A stretch of DNA of 64,000 nt from Hypanus sabinus (GCF_030144855.1 NC_082714.1:94860001-94924000); one strand, 5' to 3'; counted from the stretch's first letter, positions 9,599 to 22,732 are shown. Notes: generated from the letters alone by a model not told the origin. Translations and numbers: made by a program.

Positions 9599-10559
9599 TT
9601 TGAGATTCCACTGGTCAACCTGTTGTTGCGGTAAATTGTCGTCTTAGATTGAAGTCGAACTCATCTTACAAAAGCAGTTTCAGAGACGGCGCATTATGAA
9701 GAACATTGCAGACAACCCACTAAAAGAAAATTACCAGAGAACACATTGATGGGATGTGGTATGCTCAATAGGGCATTTTTGGCAGCCCTGGTTATTTGCT
9801 TTACTTAAGATTTTTTTCCAGACATCGCTCTCATCTCTGGTCACAAGGGAAAATGTTATATTTTCCTTCACAGTTTGAGTGCAATTAAGTGATCTATCAA
9901 TTAAATAGTTCCACGTTGCAGAAATATATGTGTATTACTCCTCCATGACCTTTCCCTGATATCACTTTTTACTGCAACCATCCAATAGCTCTCTGACTTA
10001 GTTAAATCCTGATACGCTGGCGGAGCAGATTTATGCCTGAATAGTTTTCCTAACCAAGTGAAAGAAGGTATCCAGAGCAGATGCAAAGAAGCAACAAAGC
10101 AATATGGAGCCAGTTAGAAGCTATTCGGAAGACCAGGAGCTGAAAAAACGTGATCAACTCTGAGAATGGAACCTCTCGATACAATTACATAGGCAGGCTT
10201 CTCTCTAAACGTGTGGACGTGGTACATGTGGAATAACCAAGAGATTTGCCGACTCCAGTCTGCAACGGAAAAACAGAAGTATGTCAAGTATGTCTGTTCG
10301 TCAAGTATGGCGTAAGGAAAAAAGTGGGCCCTTTCCATCACCAGCCTATTGCTGGGGAATAGGAAAACGGAAAATGTGTTAACCCATTAGATCGGAAAGA
10401 AATAAGCAGTAAATGAAATAATGCATCCAGGTGAGGGAGGGCACTGGTCCAGGGTATAGATTTTATTGGTAACCTGGAATTGAACTGCTGGTTGTCTACG
10501 TGGACTGTACCCCTTTGCTATCTAGTCCGTGCTGAACCATTTAAGCTAACTCCTTCAGA

Positions 10560-11900
10560 GCCCTACACCGGGATCCTGTGTATCTCTACTGCCCATCTAC
10601 ATTATGAAACTACTCTTAAACATTGTGATCGAACTTGCATGCACCACTAGCGCTGGAAACTCGTTCCACAGTCTCAGGACCCGCTGCGTGAGGAGATTCT
10701 CCCGCAGTTTCACTCAAACTTTCCACCGTTCACACTAAATCCATGACTTCTATTTATAGTCCCACCTGACTTCAGTGAAAAAGCATGCTTGCATTTAGAC
10801 TGTCTCTACCCCTCATAAATCTATAAATGTTTTCTCAAACTTCTACGTTGCAGACAATAAAATCCTAATCTATTCAATTTTCCTTAAACCTCAGATCATC
10901 CACATAAGAAAACATCCTTACAGATTTTCTCTGTACTCTCTCAACCTTATTTCCATCTGTCCTGTATGTCGGTAATGGAAACTACACACGATACTCCAAA
11001 TTAGGCCTCATCGATCTCTTTTACAACTTCAACATTACACCCCATCTCCTGAAGTCAATACTTTGATTCATAAAAGCCAATATGCCAGAAACATCTCTAC
11101 AAGCCTATCTACCTGTGATGCCGTTTTCAACGAATTATGGATCTGTATTCCCTGAACCCATTGTTTTACCACATTTCTCAGTGCCCTGCCGTTCAATGTG
11201 TATGAACGAACCTGGTTGGTCCTCCTGAATTGCAACATCTCACATTGGTCTGCATTAAATTCCATCTGCCATTATTCAGCTGATTGTTCCAGCTGGTCAA
11301 GAAACCGCTTGCAAGCCATGATGTCCTTCCTTGCTATCCACTATGACCCCAATCCTTGGTGTCATCTGCACATTTTCTCATGCAGTTAACCACACTATCG
11401 TTGAGGTTTCTAATTGATATAACAAATATTGATGAACCCAACACTGATCCCTGCGACACTACGTTCGTCACTGGCCTCCTGTCAGAGACGTAACCATCTC
11501 CTAACACACTCGGGCTTCTCCCACGGAGTCAATGTCTAATCGAATTTACTAGGACCAAGTGACTGAACCCCCCTGACCGAGCTCCCATGTTCGGTCACGT
11601 ATGCAATATGAATACATATGCAAACATATTGAGGTCATGTTTGCAATATGTACTGCGTTGCCTTCATCAACTTTCCTGGTAATTTCCTCGAAAGATAGGG
11701 TGGACATGAACTACCCCGCACTAAGATATGCTGACTATCTTTAATCAATCCAGGTCTACACAAAAGCTTTTATTTTCATCCCTTAGAATACCTTTCACTA
11801 CATTTCTCACTTATGAAGTCAGGCTCACCGGCCTATAGTTCCCTGGTTAATTTGGCAAACACCTCCTCTTCTGTAATCTGTATGGGATCCCGCTACGGAC
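10560..11900 (-). mobile_element. Degenerate CR1 LINE fragments
   Basis: ORF 11068-11265 MEFNADQCEMLQF..YTLNGRAL..IHNSLKTASQVDR is typical of the CR1 RT C-terminal region. Confidence 0.65.
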
Positions 11901-12659
11901 TCTGTAACCGTCTCCTGAGTAAATCTCCCGCATTTCTTTTGGCTCCACAAATGAATTACCCTTCTCATCTTCCAGAATTCTGTCCCTTACAATCTTTTTG
12001 CGCTTAACATATCTGCAGTATCCTTTTGGATTCTTCTGTACCTTGTCCCAGCCTGGAATCTATCAGCGACTAAGGATGCACGGGGCTATGTGAGAGAGAA
12101 TTTCAAAAATTCAGATAACCTGACTGAATTAGGCCACATCTGAATTGCTCATTGTGTTCCCCGATAGCTCATTATTCCTCCCCCCCCCCTCACATTGCCC
12201 CCAAGAACACAGGAGACAGACATAGCGTCCAAGTTGTTTTCAATTCAGTATCTGGTCTTTCAGAGTAATTGCGTCTTCTTTCTCTAACGCCGTAGAGTTT
12301 GGCGACTCTCCCTAACTCAAAGCCAAAGTCAAAATAAGTGCATTATCAAAATACATATTTTCACATTCTAAGCTGATATTTTTGCGGGCATTCACAGTAA
12401 ATACAAAGAAGGACAAATGCTGCATTGAACACAATGGACAAACAAGCAATGCGCAAAAGACAAAAATTTCAAATACAACAAACAAAAAGGAAACACTGAT
12501 TGATAATAACGAATATATAACTATTAAATATCAAGAAAATGAGCTGTAGAAACCATGAATTGAGTTCACAGTTCATGGAATCTCTTCATTTTTGGGATGA
12601 GTAAAACTGATTCAAATTATCCCCTCTTCTTCAAGAGCGTGAGGGTTTAGGGGTAATAA

Positions 12660-13260
12660 CTAATGATTCTGCCTCTGCCTCCACTACAAGCACTACATTC
12701 CAGGCATCAACATCTCTGCGTAAAGAAACATGCTCCTCATCTCTCCTTTTAAACTACCCCTCTCAGATTAAAGACATGCCGTCGGTTGTTAAATATTTCA
12801 ACTCCGGGAAAAGGCTACTATCATTCTACTCCATCAATGCTGCTTATGATCTTATGCACCTTTATCAAATCTCCCCTCAGCCTTAGGCGCTCTATAGAAA
12901 AAAAAGGGCAATTTGCATTTGCTCTCGTTATAATGCATGCCCTCTAATCAAGGCAACATTCTGGTAAACCTCGTGTGCACCTTGTCCAAATCCTCAATAT
13001 CCTTACCGTGACTATAACTGTATATAATACTCCAAATGAGGCCTGACAGAGCTTTGTAAAGCTGCAACACAACTTCCTGATTTCTGAACTCATCAATTTA
13101 TCGGCTGATAAAAGCAAACATTCCATATGCTTTCTTAACCACACTATATGGCAGCAACTTTCAGGGAGCTATGAACTTGGATTACAAGATCGCTCTAGTC
13201 ATCTCACTGGTAAGGATCTTGCCCTCAATACTGTACTGCCTCTTTGCTTTTGACCTACCA
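12660..13260 (-). mobile_element. Degenerate CR1 LINE 3' fragment
   Basis: ORF 12944-13144 resembles the CR1 RT end (KLCQASFGVLYTV..WTRCTRGLPECCLD). Confidence 0.6.
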
Positions 13261-13439
13261 ACGTGCGACACTTTACATTACGCTCCACCTGTCATTTCTC
13301 CGTCCATATCTGCAAGTGCTCTATATTCCCCTGAATTATTTGACAATCTTCTATACTACTCACAACAGGATCATGTAGAAACATTCCGAACTACTGATGC
13401 ACATTTTAATTAACATCATTTAAAGCCATCACAAACACC

Positions 13440-13800
13440 AGAAGACCAAGGATAAATTTTGTGGGAGCTACTAATCGCAAGCTTCCTGCTAGAATATGTC
13501 CTTCGACTCCTACATTCCATCTGTTAAAGGCAAGCCGAATCACCATGGATCCTATGATCCTTAGTTTTTCGGATGAGCCTCCCATGATGGGGCTGACATG
13601 GACTTTTTCTCCTCCTGTGGTCAATAATCAGCTCCTTGTTATTGCTGCAATTGATTGATAACATGTTGATGTGGAACGATTCAGCCAGATGAGGACCCTG
13701 TCCATATGTGTCAGTCTTGTCCTCCAAGGAAGCAAAGACCACACGATCAGAATGGGGAATTGGAAACGAGGAGCAGTGGGCGTGGCGTATGCCTTTAGAG
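13440..13800 (-). mobile_element. Rex1/Babar-like LINE RT fragment
   Basis: Minus ORF contains HINMLSINCSNNKELIIDHRR, matching the clade motif NL.LN..KTKELIVDFR. Confidence 0.55.
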
Positions 13801-14029
13801 CTGTCAGATGTAGAGCTAAACGCAGGTAACACTGCGCAGTTTAGAAGCCATAAGGGCAGGTCCGTGGCAAATGGGTTTAAGAGAGGTAGGTGACTTGATT
13901 GGCATTTATGAGTTTGGACAAAGGGTCTGTTTCCATTCTGTATAATTATGTAAATCAACCACGTTTGGGATTAAACATGGACAGGGTACTTGTGTGATAG
14001 CAAGTTATCAGAGGTGCAACAAGCCCCAC

Positions 14030-14460
14030 TTAAAATAAACGTTTTATTGATTGAAAAGTTTAAGATAATTAAAGGATTTGATAGGATTGAGGCAGGAAAT
14101 ATGTTCCAGATGTTGGGAGAGTCCAGTACCAGATGGCATGGATTAAGAATAAGAGGTCAGTTATTTAAAACAGAGTTGAGGAAGAGCTTCTTCTCCCAGA
14201 GAGTTGTGCAGGTGTGGAATGCACTACCTCGGAAGACGGTGGAGACCAATTCTCTGGATGCTTTCAAGAAGGAGCTAGATAGATATCTGATGGATAGGGG
14301 AATCAAAGGATATGGGGACAAGGCAGGGACTGGGTATTGATAGTGAATGATCAGCCATGATCTCAGAATGGCGGTGCAGACTCGAGGGGCCGAATGGTCT
14401 ACTTCTGCACCTGTTGTCTATTGTCTATTTTCTATTGTCTATTATCTATTGTCTAATATT
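14030..14460 (+). mobile_element. CR1 LINE 3' end with 3' UTR and (TATTGTC)n tail
   Basis: ORF: FKIIKGFDRIEAGNMF..GESSTRWHGLRIRG..FKTELRKSFFSQRVVQVWNALP..FKKELDRYL, then 3' UTR and microsatellite tail at ~14415-14460. Confidence 0.9.
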
Positions 14461-15171
14461 TATGATAGACACCGCAATGTAGGGGCAAAAATATTTTCAA
14501 TTGAGGACAGCCAATAAAATTAAGGATCAAATATCTCCTTGGCTGCTTCATGGCACAGGTAATTTAACATCCAAATACGTCAACTGTGAGGGAGATAAAA
14601 GCTGGCCTTTACCAAGGATTTTTGAGGGCGGGAGATTTTAACTCCTACATGCCGTTTGGAGACAACCTCTCCATTCACGAAACATCTTTGGGCTTCGGAT
14701 TCAATTGCCCGCGATGATCGGGTGGTTTTTACGTTCCTGTAGGAGAGGACTGGCCCTGAGAGAGAGAAACCAAAGTGCCTGGATATAGGTAAGCGAGAGG
14801 CGATGACGCTGATAGACAATCTGCTACGATCAGTACACAAAGGCTCGATCCTATGGATAAGCGATGAACAGGATGAACAACTGTGAAGTGACCCAAATCA
14901 CTCAGAAACTGTGAACCTATGCAACATTCTGCAAAGAGCTCCATGAATGCGCGGTTGCTCAGCAGATGCCAGCCTGGGAAAGAAAGATATTTGAAACAAA
15001 GTGATGCAGCGCGGCAGGAATCAAGCAAGATGGAACTGTGGGTTTGATCAGCCATGAGTCTGGGTAGCATAGGAACAGGTACGCGAGGCCAAATAAATAA
15101 TCGAATTAATTCCCTTGTGTGTCCAGTATTGAAAACATCTTTACGCATTTATTGGACACGAAGCTGAATAA

Positions 15172-15304
15172 NNNNNNNNNNNNNNNNNNNNNNNNNNNNN
15201 NNNNNNNNNNNNNNNNNNNNNNNNNNNNNNNNNNNNNNNNNNNNNNNNNNNNNNNNNNNNNNNNNNNNNNNNNNNNNNNNNNNNNNNNNNNNNNNNNNNN
15301 NNNN
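15172..15304. other. Assembly gap (N run)
   Basis: Run of N. Confidence 1.
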
Positions 15305-15600
15305 ACTCCCCACCCCCCCCCATCTCTCTCTATCTCTCTCTCTTTCTCTCTCTTGTTCTCTCTGTTTCTCCTCCCGTCCCGTTCTTTCACATCCCTCTCA
15401 TTCTACTCTTTCCCTCGCTCCCTCTTTATCTCTATATCTCTCACATACAAACTCTCTTCCCCTTCTCATTCTCAACTCACTCATTCTGCTTCTCTACCCC
15501 CTTTATACTTCATATTTCCCCCTCCCCTATCACCTTCTCATCCTCTATCTCCCCTGTCCCCAAACTCATTCTTCTTCTCTTTCCAATACATCACTCACTT
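15305..15600 (+). repeat. CT-rich low-complexity / microsatellite tract
   Basis: Near-pure pyrimidine sequence next to the gap. Confidence 0.9.
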
Positions 15601-16673
15601 CGTTCCCTTTAGGAATTCCAATTTTACAGTCACTTCATCATTTTCCTCACATGTAACAACAAATGTCAATTTTTGTAAACGATGTTTTCAGACATCTAGT
15701 TTCACAATTCGTATCGTCCAGTTAATACACTTTCTCAGATTTAGAGTGTTTTGTTAAATGTTTACCATATCTCATCCACGCGACCGCACTTCACCCGCCC
15801 ACCCCCTACACCCGGGGCCAGTGAATACGCCACCTGTACAGAATCATAAACAAGGCAAATATAAATAATGTTTGTAAATAAAGGCTGTGGCAATATCGCC
15901 CCGCTCCCCGTGGGGAGATGACGAGTTTCACAGCTGCATTAGTATTATTCACAGATACATACTGATCGACCACTATGAGGGAGGGGTTAACTGGACTGAC
16001 CAGTGTCTGACGTTCAGGATAGGATCGAATGAAAAGGGCTATGTCCCAGCTCATTAATGACACGTTTTCGAGATCCCAGTCCCGTCTCCCGTAACCCAAT
16101 GAGAGCTGATCTTTTGATAAAGAGCCTTAGAAAAGACAAAACTGCAGAATATTAGGGGATAACATTTCAGAAATAAAAATAAGCCAAGATGCTTCCTCGT
16201 GACGTCGTTAGACAAAAGTTGATTCACACGAGCCGAACATTTATTTGGAAGAAATGTCTTACCATTCATTACACAATATGCAACTGACAGTGGACAGGTG
16301 GTGTCGGAATGCAGGATGGGTGGTGATGAACTAATCCCTGAACAAGAGAATCGAGAGTGGAGATGTCGCACACAGGGCCCACTGTCAGTGACATCGATCA
16401 TTAGAGTGAGGATAAGAATCAGAAACAAGTTTATTAACAATGTCTTATGTCGCAGAATTTGGTGTTTTCCTGCAGCATTTCAGTACAATGAAGGGCAATG
16501 CATAGAAACAACTATAAATATTTAATTCATACAACTCCAAATATACTAAAATTACAATAATATATAAATGTGTAGTGTTGTTGATTCTATAACAATAAAA
16601 ATAACAAATTGTATATGATAGATATAGTAAATGATTATATGAAACAAATTGATAAAACACGTAATTTATCCAT

Positions 16674-16885
16674 NNNNNNNNNNNNNNNNNNNNNNNNNNN
16701 NNNNNNNNNNNNNNNNNNNNNNNNNNNNNNNNNNNNNNNNNNNNNNNNNNNNNNNNNNNNNNNNNNNNNNNNNNNNNNNNNNNNNNNNNNNNNNNNNNNN
16801 NNNNNNNNNNNNNNNNNNNNNNNNNNNNNNNNNNNNNNNNNNNNNNNNNNNNNNNNNNNNNNNNNNNNNNNNNNNNNNNNNNNNN
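16674..16885. other. Assembly gap (N run)
   Basis: Run of N. Confidence 1.
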
Positions 16886-18969
16886 CCATTATGTAAGTGG
16901 TACCAAAGGCGGCGATTTTTTTTAAAATGAGATAGTATTCATGGTTTCGTTCAGAGTCCGTTTCGAAATCTAATGGCAAGGTGGGAAAAACTGATCTTTA
17001 AGTGTTCCGCGTTTATTTTCACGCTTCTCGATATCCTCTCTGATGATAGTAATGAGAAAAGATCATGTCTTTAGTGATTGGGGTCCTTTATGTTTTGATG
17101 CCACCTTTTTTAAACAGCTTACACATACTGCCTCGCCACCCGGGCATTGTGCAGGGCCGAGGAGAGAGTGTGAGAGAAGTGGTTCATCTCCGCTTCTGCT
17201 GCGATTCTGCAGAACAGCGGGTAATGCAGGCTCCGTGGACTCGTCAACACCACTCTGAAACCATGCTGTGCAACACTGATCTTAGTCTCAGCGAGATCAA
17301 CTGCATCCCAGTGATTCCAAGCTCAACTCTAGGAATGGTGTTTCTCTAGGATAAGACAACTGTAACTCACAATAACGTACACAAGATGCCGGATGAAATG
17401 TCAGGCATCATATTTGGAAAGGAAGAATGAATCGACGTTTAAGGCTGAGACCCTTCCTCAGAACTCCTGATGGAAGATCTCTGCCAGAAACGTCAACATT
17501 TTATTTGCTTGGCTCGAAACGTCGATTCGTTATTCATTTCCATGGATGTTGCCTGACTTGCTGAGAACCACCAGCATTTTTATGCGTTACTCTCAGTTTC
17601 CAGCATCTGCAGCATCTCTTCCGTGTATCTCCGTGTTGGTTCCTGCAGCCATGGTCATCGGACACTTTACATAATTACAAAGACGTGTGCCATCACATAA
17701 AATGAGTTTTTACGCTTTGCACTGTTCACGGCGTCAGAGCTTCCAAATTAAAAGTGTTTGCAGTAGGGAATACAGCAGTATGTACCATCATATGTCCTTT
17801 AGACCTGAAGCGCAAAAAAGATCTTCAATATTAAACCATTCTTCGTGTGCGGGACTGCCAGTATGGAAAGGATGCTGGCTCGATTTGGAAAGATATTTGC
17901 TGTCTAAGAATTTATTTAAGAAGAGCGGGTCAGGCGTTGATTGGACCTTTGTCGGATCCAGAGGGGATCTCAATAAATTTGCAGAGTGCTTAATATTGAA
18001 GATAGAGTCGTCAACACAAGTCGTGTGTGAATAGATAAAGAAAGATGGTTAGAGTATAAAGGATCTTATTGAAATGAAAACAAACGTGTCATAGAGTCAT
18101 AGCGCACAACAGCACAGAAACAGGCCGCTAATCCCATCTAGTCCATGCCGAACTATTAAACTGTCTAGTCCCATCGACCTAACACCCGGATCATAGCACT
18201 CGGTATCATTCTCATCTAATTACCTCTCTAAATTTATCTTAACTTTTGAAATCGGATCTATCGCCTGATCCTCTATTGGCAACTACTTTTACTTTCTCAC
18301 CGTCCTCTGAGTGAATACTTTCCCTTGAAACATCTCAATTTTCATACTTAAACCATGACCTCTAATTCCAGTCTCTCCCTACCACTGGAAAGATATCTGC
18401 TTGCATTTAATCCTATCTCTACCCCGCTGTAGATGCGTGGCCTGAGACATCAGGAGAGACTCGGAAAGCTTCTTTTAAGTAAGTAAGATTTTTTTAACCG
18501 CAAAAGTAGACATGGATCAATTTCAGACTGAGAATGGATACATTAGAAAGTAAAAAATAAAAACAGCCATGAGATTATCCAAATATACAAAGAGTTAAGA
18601 TAAAACCTCACGGAGCTGCAGTAAAGGAAAGATTAGCCTGACGCTCAATGCCGACAGCATTTGTAAGAAGTTGGCTTTGTAGAAGCAGGTAGTACTGAAA
18701 GACAGCGCTCCTTAAGCTTTTGTTCGAGAATGCAATTGCCCACATGTTCCAGAGTTCAACATATTGTCGAATTAACAGACAGAATGATAATAAATACAAA
18801 TGCACCTCCTCAGTAGTAAAAAGAGAGCGATACAGAAAAAGAGTGAGAGTAAAGAATAGAAAGAGACGGACAGAAAGATAGATAGAGAGAGGAGAGGTGG
18901 GGGTCTTCCAACAGGCTGCAATTTGCACAGTTAGGCCGTCAAATTAAAAGATACTAATTGTAACTACAG

Positions 18970-20734
18970 CAACTACATCCATGATTGTGTAGCCAGGTTT
19001 CCATCGAACTCAATATATAAGTTTGCTGATGACACCACAATTGTAGGCCATATCTTGGGTAATGATGAGTCTGAGTACAGAGAGGAAATTAATAACCTGG
19101 TGGCATGGTTAATAACCTATCCCTCAACGTCAGCAAGACGAAGGAATTGGTTGTTGACCTCAGAAGGAATAGCGGACCGCACAACCCCATCTAAGTCAGC
19201 GGTGCACAGGTGGAACAGATCGAAAGATTTAAGTTCCTCGGGGTGAATATTGCAAATGACCTGAATTTGTCTAACCAAGCAAAGCCCTCTGCCGAGAAGG
19301 CCCACCAGCTCCTTTACTTCCTGAGAAAGCTGAAGAAATTTGGCCTTTTCCCTAAAACCCGCACTAATTTTTATAGGTGCACTGTAGAAAGCATTCTTCT
19401 AGGGTGCATCACAACCTGGTATGGATGTTGTCCTGTCCAAGACCAGAAGAAGCTGCAGAAGATCGTGAACATAGCTCAGCACATCAAACAAACCAATCTT
19501 CCATCCTTGGACTCGCTTTACACCGCACGCTGTCGGAGCAGTGTTGCCAGGATAATCAAGGACACGACCCACCCAGCCAACACACTTTTTGTCCCTCTTC
19601 CCTCCGGGAGAAGGTTCAGGAGCTTGAAGATTCGTACGGCCAGATTTCGGAACAGCTTCTTTCCAACTATGATAAGACTGCTGAACAGATCCTGACCCGG
19701 ATCTGGGCCGAAACTTCCAAATATCTGGACCTGACTTGCACTACCTTACTTTCTTTTTTCTATTTTCTAATAATGATTTTTTAAACTATTATTTATTTAT
19801 TAAATTTTAGAAATTACAAATAATAAATGTGGTAATAAAATAGTAAGAAAATAATATTGACCCTTCCCCCTCCACTTAACCCTTCCCCCCCCCCCTTAAC
19901 CCTTATCTAAAGAAATTAAAAAAAAAGGAAAGAAGAGAAAGATTGCCTGGATATCGGAGCATCCCCACATGCTCCATGGAGTTCAAAATAATTTTGATAT
20001 TTATTTTTACTTTCCCTAATTACTATAATTTTACCTTCAAAGGACCTATGTATTTCATCCTATTTTTTGTAAGTATGGGAACCAAATTTTCAAAAATCTA
20101 TCATATTCATTTCTTAGATTATACGTAATTTTTTCAAGTGGAATACAACTTGGTATTTCATTATTCCAACGATCCATAGTTAAATATAAATCAGATTTCC
20201 AAGTAACTGCGATAACTTTTTTGGCTACTGCCAATGCAATTTTTATAATTTTTTTCTGATACTTATTCAATTTAAATTTCGTTATTGGTCAAGATTATGC
20301 TCTGATAGCATGAGAAATACAATAAATGTTCGACTTAGAATAATACAATATAATTTTTACATCAATTATATATAACACCACAGAAAATAAATAGATTAAA
20401 TTCAAATATGTCTGACCAATGTTTTCGATGTAAACAAGAAATTGGTACTTTCTTATATTCTACTTGGTCTTGTTTTAAAATTCAACCATTTTGGATAAAT
20501 TTAAGGCTTTTAATGGAACAAATTATTGGAGTACAACTCTCACATAGTCCACTATTATTTTTATTAGGAGACATTGAAGGGACAATAACTAATTATGATT
20601 TATAATTTAAATTTTTATTATATTTACTTTGATTTGTACTGCAGGGAGCGCGAAGCGCAGAATCAACTATTGCCTGTGATGATTGTACGCTCTAGTATCA
20701 GTTGTTTGGTGACAATAAAGTAAAGTAAAGTAAA
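18970..20734 (+). mobile_element. Rex1/Babar-like LINE 3' portion; its 3' UTR is split by an L1-like insertion
   Basis: KFADDTTIVG at ~19020. ORF 19210-19695 has FKFLGVNI..LYFLRKLKKF..NFYRCTVESIL..LPSGRRFRSL..RFRNSFFPT.IRLLN. The UTR resumes at 20590 and ends in (GTAAA)n at ~20714-20734. Confidence 0.85.
19780..20589 (-). mobile_element. 5'-truncated, 5'-inverted L1/Tx1-like LINE
   Basis: Minus part 19780-20290 encodes the ORF2 C-terminus (LAVAKKVIAVTWKS..LEKITY..FLKIWFPYL) plus UTR and A-rich tail. Plus part 20291-20589 encodes the immediately upstream Cys-rich segment (CFRCKQEIGTFL..WSC..PFW). TSD TAATAATGATTT (19768) / TAATTATGATTT (20590). Confidence 0.85.
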
Positions 20735-21706
20735 TTATTACAGCGTGTAAAAGGAGAGAGAGTAACAGAGAAAAAGAGGGAGAGTAGGAGAGGGGATTGC
20801 GAGAGATAGTTGTGTGTCACAGTGGTGTGGACGTTGCTTACTTTCCACTAGATATGCCTGGAGAAAAAACCAATTTCACTCAACTTGTTCTCATAAGGCA
20901 TGCTCTACAATCCAGGCAACATCCTTGTAAATCTTATCTGCACCCTTTCAATAGTTTCCACATCCTTCCTGTAGTGAGGTGACCAGAACTGAGCACAGTT
21001 CTCCAAGTGGGGTCTGACCAGGGTCCTATAAAGCTATCACATAATAAGCACGTAAGTCGAGAGGGAAAAAAAAGTGAGTGCGGGAGAGACAGACAGACAG
21101 ACAGAGGTAGAAAGAGAGAAAGGAGTCAGGGCTACAAAACATGGATAGCGGAGAGTGTGTGAGTCCAAAAAGCATACCCTTGCCTTCTTTTTCAATGACC
21201 CACATGACATGCCAGTTAACCCTGTGGAAAAGGGAGTGCAACGTATGGTAGTAGTGCGGGACAATTATACTTGGTTGGAATATTCCTGTTTTCCCAATGC
21301 ATCGGGAGTTAGTTACAGAGAACTGGAGCGTTCTTCTTGGAAAAAAACAACTTCAACCTGCCTGTTGTATCATCAGATATGAGCCAAGGGTCCTGAGCCA
21401 GGGTGAACACACTCAACGTTTTCAAGGACTCCACAACTAATGTTGTTTATATATTTATTTATCCATCCATCTATCAATTTATTTATGAATGTATTGTTTC
21501 TGAACCGTTTGTCTTCTCCCGTGCATTGGTTATTTGTCCATCTTCGTTTTTGCGCATTTTAATTGATTCCATGTGTTTCTAAGTATCTACTGCGAATGCC
21601 TGCAGAAAATTGAAACTTGGGGTAGTATATGCTGACATACACATATTTTACAATTAACTAACTTTGACTTATCAAATTTATGCTTCCCAAATTTGGGTCG
21701 CGTTCT

Positions 21707-21714
21707 ATTTGCAT
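21707..21714 (+). promoter_or_regulatory. Octamer motif ATTTGCAT upstream of cluster 2 (ATTTACAT at 363-370 in cluster 1)
   Basis: Exact Ig octamer, but ~490 bp upstream of the ATG, further than usual for Ig promoters. Confidence 0.25.
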
Positions 21715-22200
21715 AACATAATTTAGTCAATCCAGTAGTTACTGTTCAATGGTCACCACGACATGTTAATCAAGATGGGGTAATGTTAGGTATTGTGGGG
21801 TTTTGATAAATGTGACCATGGACGGTTTAGATCTCAATAACTATTGGGGCAGAATCGATGGGGCCGACTGGTTTATGTTGTTCCAGACAGCAACTGCCGA
21901 TATTGATGTCTAAAATCAGTTTTAACTGAGTCTTTACAAACTTCTGGAGGACTGGATATGTGACACAAATTAAGCTGAAACACTTTAGAAGTGAGGAGTT
22001 AAGGTTTTAACGATAAGTGAGGTCGCCATTTCCAGAGTCCAACTGCCGGGCGTTCTGTCTCCGCCCCATCCTTTCCCTGGCGCCTCCCACCCATTAGCAT
22101 CCTGGTTATTAAACAGACTAGGGGCCACCGTTTATCAGAAGCTGAAACCATAGCCTCTTTGTGTTCGTATAACAGTGCGCGATTTGCTCTGTCCGAAGAA

Positions 22201-22249
22201 ATGTCCCGAGTGCTGCCTCTCTTGTGGGTTCTACTGGCAAATTCATCAG
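22201..22249 (+). CDS. Ig light-chain leader exon L1 (MSRVLPLLWVLLANSS-G), cluster 2
   Basis: 49-nt exon with ATG and donor CAG|gtgagt; paralogue of 882-930. Confidence 0.85.
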
Positions 22250-22367
22250 GTGAGTGCCTCATTGCTTAAAAATTGCGATTGCCGCTGATTTTCTAGCGTA
22301 TTAAACGATTGTTGAGACTTCTGTTGACTCCAAGGCACCCAAGTGGTTTTATTGTGTTTCATCACGG

Positions 22368-22732
22368 GTATCCTAGCGGTCCCAGTCCTCAATCAGACAC
22401 CAATGTCCAGTCCTGTCTCCGCGGGACAGACCGCCCGCTTAAAGTGTCAGATGCGGAACGGAAAGATTACAAGCTAACACATATTCTGGTATCGACAGCG
22501 TCCCGGGGAGAGACCTGAGTGGGTGATTGAACACGATCCAAAGGATGATAATCTTACAAACCGAGGGCCTGGGATCACAAGCTGTTTCCAGCTGTCCGAA
22601 GACCTGTGCAACAACATTCACATCGGCAACTCGGAGCCCCGGGAACCCGCCGTTTATTACAGTTTATTGCAGAATCTGCAGTTTTGGATGCTGGTTTTAT
22701 CTTCGGTCTAGGCACAATCCTGGATATAAAGA
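22368..22732 (+). pseudogene. Germline-joined V-J pseudo-exon, cluster 2
   Basis: Acceptor AG mutated to GG (22366-22367), TAA at 22475-22477, 9-nt FR3 deletion, second Cys lost to an insertion (YYS). J (atc ttc ggt cta ggc aca atc ctg gat ata aag a|gttagt) is out of frame. No RSS. Confidence 0.9.

Noticed and set aside
12160-12330. Minus-strand EDAITLK..GRYVC, an Ig-like F-strand motif
   Set aside because: In-frame stop, wrong spacing and no splice context; probably chance.
15890-16099. Minus-strand VSVNNTNAAVKLVISPRGAGRYC followed by CACAGCC, as a V remnant
   Set aside because: Spacing of the Ig motif is too short, there is no upstream Cys/Trp framework, and the nonamer-like sequence is only 7 bp away.
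15119-16979. Long ORFs containing X runs
   Set aside because: Artefacts of N gaps and low-complexity sequence.
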